24,908 nucleotides of DNA from a virus (taxonomy: Duplodnaviria > Caudoviricetes). Under the pieces are notes generated by a model that had not been told where the DNA came from, made no database searches, and saw only the letters and a program-made list of their open reading frames with translations. The number at the start of each line of letters is the position of its first letter. Positions within the stretch are counted from its first letter, which is position 1. Of this stretch, positions 1 to 10,300 are shown in pieces. Where the stretch lies: the IMG/VR virus record IMGVR_UViG_3300025769_000787, positions 1 through 24,908 of that record. One strand, given 5' to 3'. A program made the translations under genes and the position numbers.

Positions 1-117
1 GTTGATACAAGAGCAAGAGCAAGGTTAGCTGCTGTTCAAATTGAAAATGAAAATTTAGATGAGAGCTGGAGATACGGTACGTTTAGATTTGATGTTAGAG
101 TGGATGGTAGAAGATAA
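1..117 (+). CDS. 3' end of a virion structural protein (likely tail/head-closure protein), truncated by window edge
   Basis: Frame 1 open from base 1 to TAA 115-117 (VDTRARARLAAVQIEN...SWRYGTFRFDVRVDGRR); stop overlaps next ATG (TAATG); lies in the structural module. Confidence 0.6.
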   Translation, partial: VDTRARARLAAVQIENENLDESWRYGTFRFDVRVDGRR

Positions 118-281
118 TGGCAAAAATAACAATACAAATACCTGAACCTAAAACTGAATATTCTCAAGAAGATCAAAGACAAATACTTCAAGCCTTAAGA
201 ACTCTTCAGTCTCAGTTGAATTTTTCATATGAGAATGATATAAAAAACAAACAAGATGCATTTACTTATTTTTTATCATGA
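117..281 (+). CDS. Hypothetical 54-aa protein (not in ORF track)
   Basis: ATG 117 to TGA 279-281, MAKITIQIPEPKTEYSQEDQRQILQALRTLQSQLNFSYENDIKNKQDAFTYFLS; TAATG and ATGA overlaps on both sides. Confidence 0.8.
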   Translation: MAKITIQIPEPKTEYSQEDQRQILQALRTLQSQLNFSYENDIKNKQDAFTYFLS

Positions 282-613
282 CAATACAATATAAAAGTAC
301 AACCTATAGTCTTACAACAACCAACTTAACAACTGTGTTGACTATATCAACTTCATCTTCAGCAATATGTAAAATGGTTCAAGGATCTCATGCAACTGCA
401 AGTAATGTTGATGTTGATCTTTATTTAAAAAAATCAGGAGGATCAGATGTTGAGATAGGTCATGCGGTTTTAAACAAGTCATCTGAAAACCTTATAAAAG
501 ATACTTTAAATTTAGAAGGTGGTGACATATTAAAAATTCAAGCAGATACAGCTAATGAAATTACAGGTGTTGTAAGCTACGCACAAATAGATAGATCTCA
601 AGAAAATGGCTAA
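278..613 (+). CDS. Small beta-rich protein, probable virion/tail component
   Basis: 111 aa, Ser/Thr-rich beta-like pattern ending LNLEGGDILKIQA; ATGA coupling; structural context. Confidence 0.6.
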   Translation: MTIQYKSTTYSLTTTNLTTVLTISTSSSAICKMVQGSHATASNVDVDLYLKKSGGSDVEIGHAVLNKSSENLIKDTLNLEGGDILKIQADTANEITGVVSYAQIDRSQENG

Positions 614-740
614 AAAGAAAGCACTCTTTGGAGTTAGCAATTACCATAAAAGAACACCTAAAAAACGTCCTGGTGTCCATACAAAAAATCAAAATAAAAG
701 AAAACCACATCGTAAGAAATATATTGGACAAGGGCGTTAA
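606..740 (+). CDS. 44-aa highly basic peptide ending KKYIGQGR (not in ORF track)
   Basis: ATG 606 to TAA 738-740: MAKKKALFGVSNYHKRTPKKRPGVHTKNQNKRKPHRKKYIGQGR; overlaps the upstream stop. Confidence 0.75.
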   Translation: MAKKKALFGVSNYHKRTPKKRPGVHTKNQNKRKPHRKKYIGQGR

Positions 741-759
741 TATATTGTAATTAAATACA

Positions 760-933
760 ATGACCGTATATCAAAAAGTTAAATGTAAAACTAAAACTAT
801 CTATAGAAGTATTAAGACAGGTGAAAGATACGAGACAGAAGAAGCTTTTTTAGCTGAGCATCCTAAAGAAGATTTAGCTACTGACGTTGAAGTTCAAGTT
901 CCTGATCTTCCTATATTTGGTAGCACACAATGA
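760..933 (+). CDS. Hypothetical 57-aa protein (not in ORF track)
   Basis: ATG 760 to TGA 931-933: MTVYQKVKCKTKTIYRSIKTGERYETEEAFLAEHPKEDLATDVEVQVPDLPIFGSTQ; ATGA overlap with the glycosyltransferase start. Confidence 0.75.
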   Translation: MTVYQKVKCKTKTIYRSIKTGERYETEEAFLAEHPKEDLATDVEVQVPDLPIFGSTQ

Positions 934-1865
934 ATCCATTAGGTGGAACAGAACTACAGCTTGGTTTTCTGCAAAAGTATGTTTCTAAAGAATTATTAGA
1001 TAAGTTTCAAATATGCACTTCAGTTCCACACAAAGTTCCTTTATCAAAAGATAAAATAAATATTCTTTGGCAAAAAATGGCTCCTGATCAACCTCACTTT
1101 CAAGAGTTCTTTAAAGATCCCGAGCAAATAAAACAATATGATTATTATGTTTTTAATAGCCATTGGAACTATGAACAGTTTAGAAAAACTTTTTCATTAC
1201 CTGAGCATTTATGTACGGTAATAAAAAACGGAATTCCTGATATTAAAAAAAGAGATCCTAAACTTAAAAAAGAAAAAATAAAATTAATATATCAACCAAC
1301 ACCTTGGAGAGGCCTATCTGTCTTATTAGGTGCTATGCAGTTAGTAAATAATAAAAACATAACTTTAGATGTGTATAGTAGTACACAGGTTTATGGAGAT
1401 GAATTTAAGGAAAAAAATGATCATTCATATCAAGACTTATATGATCAATGTGAAAAGTTACCTAATGTAAATTACATAGGATATAAACCTAATGACTATA
1501 TTTTAGAAAACTTACATACCTATGATGCATTTGTTTATCCTAATATTTGGGAAGAGACTTCTTGTATATCAGCAATTGAAGCTTTAGCTTGTGGACTGTA
1601 TGTAGCAACAACGGACAACGGAGCACTTTATGAAACTTGTTCTGAGTTTCCAATTTATATACCTATGGACAAAGACTGGAAAAATTTAGCTATGCAATTT
1701 GCAGCTGTAATAGATCAAATACCTGGACAATTGAATGAGGTTGGGTGTCATAATCATTTAGAGTTTCAACAAAAATTCTTTAATCATTTTTATAATTGGA
1801 AAGTTATTGCAGGACACTGGAATGGATTTCTACAAGGAGTTTTAACAAATGCAAGATCCAAGTAA
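930..1865 (+). CDS. Glycosyltransferase, GT-B fold (GT4-like)
   Basis: N-terminal GGTE, VIKNG, RGLSVLL, and YPNIWEETSCISAIEALACG (E-x7-E GT4 signature). Confidence 0.9.
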   Translation: MNPLGGTELQLGFLQKYVSKELLDKFQICTSVPHKVPLSKDKINILWQKMAPDQPHFQEFFKDPEQIKQYDYYVFNSHWNYEQFRKTFSLPEHLCTVIKNGIPDIKKRDPKLKKEKIKLIYQPTPWRGLSVLLGAMQLVNNKNITLDVYSSTQVYGDEFKEKNDHSYQDLYDQCEKLPNVNYIGYKPNDYILENLHTYDAFVYPNIWEETSCISAIEALACGLYVATTDNGALYETCSEFPIYIPMDKDWKNLAMQFAAVIDQIPGQLNEVGCHNHLEFQQKFFNHFYNWKVIAGHWNGFLQGVLTNARSK

Positions 1866-2670
1866 ACCAATTTGGTTTGGTAAAAACGCAAAAACAGAAC
1901 CTAAAACAAAAAGTAAGTATAGATTTTTTGTAGGTACTCCTGTTCATAGCGATGTATCCATACATTATTTTCAAGCTTGTCTAGAGTTTCAAAAACAATG
2001 TATGAAGAAAGATGTATTAACTTGTTTTCAAGTAATGAAATCTTCTTTAGTTACTCAAGGTAGAAATTTATGTGTGTCTAGTTTTATGGAGACAGATAGT
2101 ACACATTTGTTATTTATTGATTCAGACATAGATTTTGATAGTGAATCTATATTTAAAATGGCAGACACAAACAAAGATGTAATATCAGTGCCTTACCCAC
2201 TTAAGACTTTCAACTGGGAAAAAGGTTTTAATAAGGTAAAAGCAGGCATAATTAAAAATGCTGAAGATCTTAAATATAAAGGCTTCTATCAATATCCTAT
2301 GAAAGTAAAAGACGAACAGAATATAAAGATGGATAAAAATGGAGTTATTGAAGTTACTCATTCACCTACTGGATGTATGCTTATAAAAAGAGAAGTCATT
2401 GAAAAGATGATTAAAGCTTATCCTGAAAAAGAGATAATACAAAAAACTATTATTAACGGTAAAATGGAAACAAAACCATATTTATATAATCTTTTTGACA
2501 CTGATTTTGATCCTGAGACTAAAACTTATTTGGGAGAAGACTTTGCTTTTTGTAAGAGATGGAAAAAAATAGGTGGTAAATGTCATGCTCTTATAACAGA
2601 GAAAATAAGTCATATAGGAGAACACCAATATAGAGGGTCTTTTTCCGATGAGTTGTCAAAGACCTCATAA
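1849..2670 (+). CDS. Glycosyltransferase, GT-A fold (GT2-like)
   Basis: RN motif (QGRNLC), HLLFIDSDIDF (DxD), TGCMLIKREV, LGEDFAFC, terminal HIG. Confidence 0.85.
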   Translation: MQDPSKPIWFGKNAKTEPKTKSKYRFFVGTPVHSDVSIHYFQACLEFQKQCMKKDVLTCFQVMKSSLVTQGRNLCVSSFMETDSTHLLFIDSDIDFDSESIFKMADTNKDVISVPYPLKTFNWEKGFNKVKAGIIKNAEDLKYKGFYQYPMKVKDEQNIKMDKNGVIEVTHSPTGCMLIKREVIEKMIKAYPEKEIIQKTIINGKMETKPYLYNLFDTDFDPETKTYLGEDFAFCKRWKKIGGKCHALITEKISHIGEHQYRGSFSDELSKTS

Positions 2671-2687
2671 AATGGTAATATTTACCA
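2653..2687 (+). promoter_or_regulatory. Sigma70-like promoter for the ejection-protein operon, with an inverted repeat over the -10
   Basis: TTGTCA 2653-2658, 17-bp spacer, TGg-TAATAT (-10 at 2676-2681); TGGTAA/TTACCA inverted repeat 2673-2687; AAGGA upstream of ATG 2717. Confidence 0.55.
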
Positions 2688-2716
2688 ATTAGCTAATTTT
2701 AAGGATTACATAATAT

Positions 2717-3817
2717 ATGTTACAATTTTTACCCTATGCACTGGCCGCCTACGGAGGATACAAAGGTTATAAAGGATCCAAAGACGCTGGTGGATCAGGA
2801 CTTCAAAGAATATTAGGCGGACTTACAGGAGCAGCAGCTGGATACTACGGTGGTAAAGGTGTCTTGGCTGGAGGTTCAGCAATGGGCGTACCTGGTTTTT
2901 CTGCAGCGCAAACTGGATTTACACCCTTCACTTCATTAGGACCAATACAAGCTTTAGGTCGAACACAAGCTGGCGCAATGTTAGGATTACCACAACAAGC
3001 ATCAGTATTAAATCCTGCGGGTCAAATGGCAGTTGGTCAAGCTACTATGCCAGCGGTAAGTGCAGCAACAGCTGCAGGTACAGCGGCAACGGCAGGCGGA
3101 CCTGGAGGCACACCAGCTGAACAAAACTTTTTACAAAAATTATTTACACAACAAAGATTAAACGAGAGAGGTGACTTCACAGGTGAATTACAAATTGATC
3201 CTATGAAAGCTGCATTAGCAGTAGGAGCAGGAACATATTTTGGAGGTGCATTTGATCCTAAACCACAAGACGTTTTTACTCCAACTTATAATTTAGCAGT
3301 AGCAGATTTACAAAAAGCAAGAGGTGGTTTTAGATACATAGATCCTGAAACAGGTGTAGAGAAAACATTTGAACAACCTTACATACCTGAAGCTGATCCT
3401 AAAAATCAAGGAGACTTTAGACAAGGTCCATATGCAATAGAGGCAGATAGATATAATAAAGGTGGTTTAGCAGAAATAAAAAAATTTAATGAAGGTGGTA
3501 TTAATTACCTTCCAAGTAAAAGAACTCATGACGAAGATGATTCTGTAAATTATGTGAGAGCATCAGGATATGTCGAAGATGGGTCAGGCACAGGAGACAA
3601 AGACGAAGATACAATGTTAGCTCAATTAGCAGACGGAGAGTTTGTAACAAGAGCAGATGGAGTGTTAGGCGCTGGAATCATTGCTGGAGGAAACCCTAAT
3701 AGCATGAAAGATATGAGAGAAAAAGGTGCAAAATACTTCTATGACCAACAAGCTCGATACAAACGAGTTTTTGATTTATTACAGAAGGGCAAAGATGCAC
3801 AAACAAAAGTTAGCTAA
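2717..3817 (+). CDS. Gly/Ala-rich internal virion (ejection) protein
   Basis: Hydrophobic Gly-zipper N-terminus; C-terminal GSGTGDKDEDTMLAQLADGEFV resembles the GxGTGxSDxIPAxLSxGEFV motif of tape-measure/ejection proteins. Confidence 0.65.
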   Translation: MLQFLPYALAAYGGYKGYKGSKDAGGSGLQRILGGLTGAAAGYYGGKGVLAGGSAMGVPGFSAAQTGFTPFTSLGPIQALGRTQAGAMLGLPQQASVLNPAGQMAVGQATMPAVSAATAAGTAATAGGPGGTPAEQNFLQKLFTQQRLNERGDFTGELQIDPMKAALAVGAGTYFGGAFDPKPQDVFTPTYNLAVADLQKARGGFRYIDPETGVEKTFEQPYIPEADPKNQGDFRQGPYAIEADRYNKGGLAEIKKFNEGGINYLPSKRTHDEDDSVNYVRASGYVEDGSGTGDKDEDTMLAQLADGEFVTRADGVLGAGIIAGGNPNSMKDMREKGAKYFYDQQARYKRVFDLLQKGKDAQTKVS

Positions 3818-4250
3818 ACCAGATCTATCAGTTTTATCTGTAGAACCTAAATTCATTGATAAGTTTTGGCCGTTGTGTGATTTTATGGTAGCTGAAGCTT
3901 TAAATTACTCAGGTGGTTTTGCTACAGCTAAAGATATCAAAGATCTACTTAAAAAAGATGAAGCTCAATTATTTTTGGTTTTTGGAAGTGATGAAGAAGA
4001 ATTAAATCAAGTTTTCGGTTTATTTGTAACTCGAATAGCAGCGTTACCTGCTTACTCTCAACTTGAAGCAATTATTTGTACAGGAAGAAAAAGACATTTA
4101 TGGGAGGACAAGATAGTGAAAACAGTTACAAAATTTGCTAAACTTAATGGATGTAAAAAACTAAGCTTTTGGGTAAGACCAGGTTGGTCAAGAGTATCTA
4201 AAAAATGGGGTTGGAAAGCTAAACATATTCAAATGGAGAGAGAAGTCTAA
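3795..4250 (+). CDS. GNAT-fold-like protein of the virion module; start revised from 3726 to 3795
   Basis: 151 aa from MHKQKLAK; C-terminal FAKLNGCKKLSFWVRPGWSRV-KKWGW is GNAT-like; located just before ejection proteins as in many podoviruses. Confidence 0.6.
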   Translation: MHKQKLAKPDLSVLSVEPKFIDKFWPLCDFMVAEALNYSGGFATAKDIKDLLKKDEAQLFLVFGSDEEELNQVFGLFVTRIAALPAYSQLEAIICTGRKRHLWEDKIVKTVTKFAKLNGCKKLSFWVRPGWSRVSKKWGWKAKHIQMEREV

Positions 4251-5116
4251 TGGGATCAATAGTAAGTAGTATATTTGGCGGCGGCGGTGGATCTGCACCT
4301 GCACAACCTTCATCAAGTGGAACATCTTTTAATACATCAGTTATAAGAGAAGCACCAGGAGTAGAAGAACGTAAAATAGAACTTATGGATCTAGCTAGAG
4401 GAATAGCTGGTCAACCTATTAATATTCCTGCAATGCAAGTTGCTGGTCTTGGAGCTTTAGAGCAACAAGGTATAACAGCGGCAGGCCAAACAGGAGTTGG
4501 TGCTCCTACAGTAACATCGGGCATCGGACAATTACTTGCTGCTCAGACACCAAATATTTCACAATTTTTTAATCCATATCAATCATATGTTACAGATGAA
4601 ATTAATAGACAAGCTGGAATTGCACAAAATCAATTAAGTGCTCAAGCAGTTATGCAAGGTGCTTTCGGTGGAGGTAGAGAAGGAGTTCAAAGAGGAGAAT
4701 TAGAAAACGCAAGATTAAGACAAATAGGTCAAGCACAACAACAAGGTTTTGGAACAGCGTTACAAGCTGCACAAAACCAACAACAAATGCAAGGCAATAT
4801 AGGAAGCCAATTAGCTAATATAGGACAAGGCCAACAACAGATGGCACAAGCAGATATAAATCAATTAATGCAAGCTGGTGGGTTACAAAGACAACTTGCA
4901 CAAGCAACTACAGATGCTGCTAGACAATCACAATTACAACAGGCTTACGAACCTTATCAAAGAGCAGAGTTCTTATCTAATATTTATGCAGCTGGACCTA
5001 AATCACAATCATCGATTGGTACAACTACAGCTCCTACAACAAGTCCTTTAGCTCAATCAGTAGGTACAGGCATAGGCGCATTCCAAGCATTTCAAGGTAT
5101 GCAGGGAGGGAGATAA
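4250..5116 (+). CDS. Gln/Ala/Gly-rich DNA ejection (pilot-like) protein
   Basis: 288 aa, FFNPY and GAFGGGR motifs, Q-rich helical body, C-terminal Gly/Ala hydrophobic segment; TAATG coupling on both sides. Confidence 0.7.
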   Translation: MGSIVSSIFGGGGGSAPAQPSSSGTSFNTSVIREAPGVEERKIELMDLARGIAGQPINIPAMQVAGLGALEQQGITAAGQTGVGAPTVTSGIGQLLAAQTPNISQFFNPYQSYVTDEINRQAGIAQNQLSAQAVMQGAFGGGREGVQRGELENARLRQIGQAQQQGFGTALQAAQNQQQMQGNIGSQLANIGQGQQQMAQADINQLMQAGGLQRQLAQATTDAARQSQLQQAYEPYQRAEFLSNIYAAGPKSQSSIGTTTAPTTSPLAQSVGTGIGAFQAFQGMQGGR

Positions 5117-7311
5117 TGTCCCTAGATAAAGTTTTAAACAGACCACTGTTTCGGCAACAAGCTTTAAAGAAAGGTGCATTAAAACCTGTTAGAGCTAGAG
5201 TAGGAACAATGGTTGGCCTTCCAACAGGCGGTTCAACAGCTTTCAATCCAATGAGAGTACCTACAATTAATCAACAAGGTTTTTTTGGTAGAAACGTTAG
5301 ACCAGCCATGCAAAGAACTGGTCGATTTTTAAAAAATTCATTTGGTATACGGCCGTTAATATCATCTACTGGAACTTACATGTTGTCTGATGATATTTTA
5401 ACAAAACTTGGAGTGACTGGTCCTCTAAAAACAGGAATAAATTTTGCTGCTGGTGTTGTAGGAGCTACGCCTTATGGCAGAGCAATAGGTTATGGTTATT
5501 CAGGACTAAAAGGTTTGAGTGCTTTAGCTGATAAAGTAAGAAGAGATAATCCAAATTCTATGATTGGCCTTGATAAAAAGGATCCTACTCAAAATACATT
5601 TGATCAAATTACTGGAGGAGTTTTAGCTGGTGAACCATTAGCAACTGGTGATAGAGCAATAAATCCATTTAGAAAGTTAGATCCATCTAGACCTAGAGGT
5701 AGAGGTGCAATTAAAAAAGCACAAGAGGAAAAAATTAAGGTTGCACAAGCAGAAGGATCTGAATTAGGTATAGTGCCTGATCAATTAACCGCTCCTCAAA
5801 ACGAAATTAAAGTTGGCAGTGAAAACATTGCTGATCTAAATAAATTAGTAAAAAATAAACGTGGTGAGATTTTAAAAGAAACAATACAGCCACAAACCGT
5901 AGCAATGCAAACGGACAGCGGATCAAGTATAGATGGAGGATTAACAGGTCCAGTAGGTATTGAAGGACAAGATATTTCATCTAAACCACCTGCTCCAGTA
6001 AAAGAAACACCAGAACAAGTGGCTCAAAAAACTTTTAAAGCTTCACAAGACGGTAAAGGCACTGAAAAACCTATTGGTGGAAAAAGATATACAACAAATT
6101 TAATTCAAAGAGCAAAAGAAATAAGAGCTGAAATGGGTATGGAGCCTCAAGGTGATGTAGCTAAGTCTATGTTTTTAAGTCAATTAGCAGCTGGATTGAT
6201 GGCTGGAACTTCTAAACAAAGAGGTTTAGCAGGCGCTGTGCAAATTTTTGGTCAAGCTTTAGGTCCAGCAGTAAGTAATTATGGAGTTATGAAATTAAAA
6301 CAAGATGAATTAGAAAATAAATCTATGGAAACTTATTTAGGTTTTGCTTTTGATGAGATGAAATTATTTAATGATGCTGCTGCGGGAGAACCTTTTGGTG
6401 GTGAATTAGGAATTATACAATTTATTGATGATAACGGTAATACAATTAATGTAAAAGGTAGACAAACTAAAGGCGGAACTATGGAATTTGCTACTGGACA
6501 AGTTGATCAAAGAGGGAATGAAATATATGCAGCTGTAAGTAGCCAAGCAAATGTTCCAGGTTTTGGTCAAGTAAATCAATTTTTAGATAAGAAGACTGTG
6601 AATACAGAAACAATTAAAATTGGTGATACATTATCTAATAGATATAAAACATTTAAAATAACAAATGATGTATTAGACACGATCGCTGCCCAACCAGAAT
6701 CAGTTGGACCAGCTGGTGCCATTAATTTGTTTAAAACAAGATTTGGATCAGCATTATCTGATTTAGGTTTTTCTTTTGGAGCTGGCAAAAGTGAAGCTAG
6801 AGCTGCAGCAGAAGCATACAGAGCTCAAATAGAGGCTTCAGATTTAGACGAAAAAAGTAAAAAACAATTATTAAAAGACACTGACTTTAATAAACTTTAC
6901 AGAGAAGCTGAAAAAAGAATTAAAGATAGAACACCAGGTAAAGTAGATGCAGAAACTTTAGAGTCGTTGGCTGTAGCAGAAACTACTTTAGTATATGCAT
7001 TAGCTAACTCATTTAAAGATAAAGATAGATTGACAGCTAGAGATGTCGCTGCCGCTGAAAAACTTGTTAACTTATTTACATTAACAAGAGGTTCTAGTTC
7101 TGTAGCAGCATCAATTAAAGCAATCGGACAACAATTACAAGATGACATTACAAGATATGAGAATGATTATAGAAGAGTAGGTGGCCTTGAAAGAACTCTA
7201 CAAAATATGAGAGTACAAAATCAATTTAGATTACAATCAGGTAATACTGTGACAGATGTATTTATTAAGAAATTAGATGATGCAGGATTAATAGAGGAGT
7301 TTAATAAATAA
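5116..7311 (+). CDS. Large internal virion/ejection protein
   Basis: 731 aa, helical-looking, Cys-free, N-terminal VLNRPLF; coupled between other ejection-type genes. Confidence 0.6.
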   Translation: MSLDKVLNRPLFRQQALKKGALKPVRARVGTMVGLPTGGSTAFNPMRVPTINQQGFFGRNVRPAMQRTGRFLKNSFGIRPLISSTGTYMLSDDILTKLGVTGPLKTGINFAAGVVGATPYGRAIGYGYSGLKGLSALADKVRRDNPNSMIGLDKKDPTQNTFDQITGGVLAGEPLATGDRAINPFRKLDPSRPRGRGAIKKAQEEKIKVAQAEGSELGIVPDQLTAPQNEIKVGSENIADLNKLVKNKRGEILKETIQPQTVAMQTDSGSSIDGGLTGPVGIEGQDISSKPPAPVKETPEQVAQKTFKASQDGKGTEKPIGGKRYTTNLIQRAKEIRAEMGMEPQGDVAKSMFLSQLAAGLMAGTSKQRGLAGAVQIFGQALGPAVSNYGVMKLKQDELENKSMETYLGFAFDEMKLFNDAAAGEPFGGELGIIQFIDDNGNTINVKGRQTKGGTMEFATGQVDQRGNEIYAAVSSQANVPGFGQVNQFLDKKTVNTETIKIGDTLSNRYKTFKITNDVLDTIAAQPESVGPAGAINLFKTRFGSALSDLGFSFGAGKSEARAAAEAYRAQIEASDLDEKSKKQLLKDTDFNKLYREAEKRIKDRTPGKVDAETLESLAVAETTLVYALANSFKDKDRLTARDVAAAEKLVNLFTLTRGSSSVAASIKAIGQQLQDDITRYENDYRRVGGLERTLQNMRVQNQFRLQSGNTVTDVFIKKLDDAGLIEEFNK

Positions 7312-10300
7312 TGGCTACAATAGAACAATTACAAGAGTCACTAGATAATAAATCTTTAGATCCTAACACGCTTAGTCCTAAGCAAAAAAAAATTATAGAT
7401 GAATTAATAAGAAGAAAAAAACTTACAGGCCCGACTATGTCTGAGTTATCATCTCAACGTGATACAGCAGCTAAAAAAATAGCAACCGAGCAAGAATATT
7501 ATCAAGACCCTATAGCTACTGCTCTTGCAGCAGAGGATTCTTTTTTTAAAGGTAGACCGACAGCTGTGTTTGCTGGTGATATAACGGGATCAATTGCTCC
7601 TTATATAACTATGAGAGAACAAATTTATGGAGCGGCTAAATCAGGTAATCTTTGGAAAAAAGGTCCAGGTAAAATGGCAAAAGTTGCTGATGCAGTTACT
7701 CAAAGACTTCCAGGCAGATTAAAACTTTTAGGTGGAGCTTTTAAATTATTGGGTAGAGTAGCAGACTTACCTGCTAAAGTTATTCAAAGTCCCCTAGGTA
7801 GAGCAGAAGTTTACTCAATACTTGGCGGTACGGCAGGTGCTGGTGCAGGATCTATAACCTACGATATGTTAAATGAACAAGCAGGAACTTTTATAGCCTC
7901 ACAAATATCAGATCAATTTGCAGATTTACCAGACAAAGAAATTAATTCTGATATGACTTTAAATGCATTAAACGAAATGAAAACTGCAGCTTATTGGAAT
8001 ACGGGTGCAGCATTACTTACTCCTTTTATTGCAGGACCTTTAGGTAAATTAGGAAGTAAATTATTCGGTACGAAAGGTGCTAAACAAAAAGAATTAGCAG
8101 AGTTTGCAAGAGATAAAGGTTTACCTATTCCGTTAATTCAAGCAATGGACAACGGACCTTTTACAAGTATTGGTAAAGGATTTTTTAAAACAGTAGGTGT
8201 ATTTCCATTTATTGGCCCAATAGCTAATCAAGCTTTTCAAGGTGCAGAGCAAAAAGCAGGAAGAATGTATTTAGATCAATTAACTACTTACGCTCCATTA
8301 ATGAAAACAGGAGCTTTATCACATTCTATTTATAACCAAGCTGCAAGAGTTTTTAATGACAACATGGATTTGATTGGTTCTAAGTATGATGCTTTTGAAA
8401 GATTAGCGGACACCGTAGGGAACCCAGCTATCATTAAATTAGATAAAACAGTAGCTAAAGCACAAGAACTTAAACAATCATTAACAGGAATGTTTCCTGA
8501 TACACAAAGATCAATGATGGCAAAGAATATTGATGAAACTTTAAAACAAACTGGAGATCCAATTAATTTATTTTATGAAGCAATGGATGCTATTGGAACA
8601 AACATGATTACTCCAAAACAATACAAAGGTGTAATTCAAATGTTAAATAATGCTATTCAAGGAACAGACTATAGAACACTTGGTAGACAAATGTTTATGA
8701 TAAGAGAAGCTTTAGAAAATGATTTTAATGCATTTGGAGCAAACTTAACAAAAGGTGCCTTCTTGCAAGATGCAGGTATCAAAGCAACGTTTGATGGTTT
8801 GGCTAAACAAAGTCCTGAAAGAGCAGAAGCTTTTATACAAAGTAATATAAAAAATGCAGAAAAACTAAGAGATAAATTATACGATGCTAATGCAACATTT
8901 AATAAAGTATTGAATATGTATACAACACCAGCTGCAGCTAGATCATTACAAAAATTTGACAAACAATTATTTACAAATAAAGGCACATTTGGAATTGTAG
9001 GTAGAGAAGCAATGCCAAGAGATTTATTATTCTCTACTATGGAAAGAGACGTATTTCAATCTAACTCAGCGGAAGCTTTGAAAAGTTTTAAAACATTAAT
9101 TGGTGCTGAAGGTAAATACGCAACTAAAAATGGAAAATTATTATTTGAAGCATCTAAAGCAAGGTACATGTTTAATGCTTTCTTAGATTCATTTGATTCA
9201 GCTACTGCTCCACAAGCTAGATCAGTATTTAGAGATACAGTTGATTTGGCTCCAGGTGTTAAAGCAGGTACAGAATATGCACAAGATGTAATGGAAAGAT
9301 TGGGAACTGATTCTATAGAAGCAGCTAGAGGTTTTAAAATTACCGATGTACAAAAAGGTAATGGTATTTTCGATGTGACTGATATTAGATTCTCACCTGA
9401 AGACTTTGCTCAATTTAATATCAATAAGTTTATGAACAAATTAGGAATAGGTAAAGCAACAGAGGATCTTGGTAGAGAGAAGATGATTCAAATGTTGGGT
9501 AAAGAGGGTGCCAAAGACTTTTATGGATTTACAAATTACATGAAATCTATATCTGATATTCCTGTATCTGACACATCTACATTCTTACAAAGAAGATTTA
9601 CTTTAGGATCATTAGGATCCGTAGCAGGTGGTTTGTTTATTGGCGGCGCTGCATTTAGTGTTAACCCGTTTGCACCTGCAATATTTTTACTTATGGCAAG
9701 AAGAGCAGGTCTTATGCTTACAGATCCAACAGCATTAAGATATATGAACGATGCATTGTTACCTGAAGAACAATTAAAATTATTAAAAGGACAATCAATT
9801 GGTGAAGTGCAAAAAGGTTTGTTTGGAACTTCAAGAAAATTTACTGGAAGAAGTATTAATCCAAAATTAACTGCTGTAGGTTTAACAAGAAAGAGAGATG
9901 CTTTTGCTAGATTATATAATTACTTTGCAGATCAAGAACAAGATTTACCAAGAGTAGACCCTAGAACTGTTGATCCGAAAGAAATACAAGAAAGACTATT
10001 AAATTTATCTTATCAAATACCTCAACCTATTTATGATGATAAGAATTTACCACCTCAAGTTATTGAAACTATGTACGCAGGTGACCTACAAAAATCATCT
10101 GGTGATGTGAATACTGATAATGACATGGTAGCTTATTTAAATAGAACCGTTGAAGCAGATACAGAAACAGTTTTAGAACAAGCTAGAAGAGACGAAGAAG
10201 CAGACGATCCAAGAATCACTGATGACTTACAATTACAACCTGTCGTTCCACAAACAGCAGAAGTTCCACAAACACCACAAGGTCAAGTATCTTCTCAACA

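Noticed and set aside
5034-8986. Minus-strand ORFs 5034-5246, 6576-6788, 6897-7148, 8669-8986
   Set aside because: Antisense shadows inside long coupled + strand genes, with no recognisable motifs
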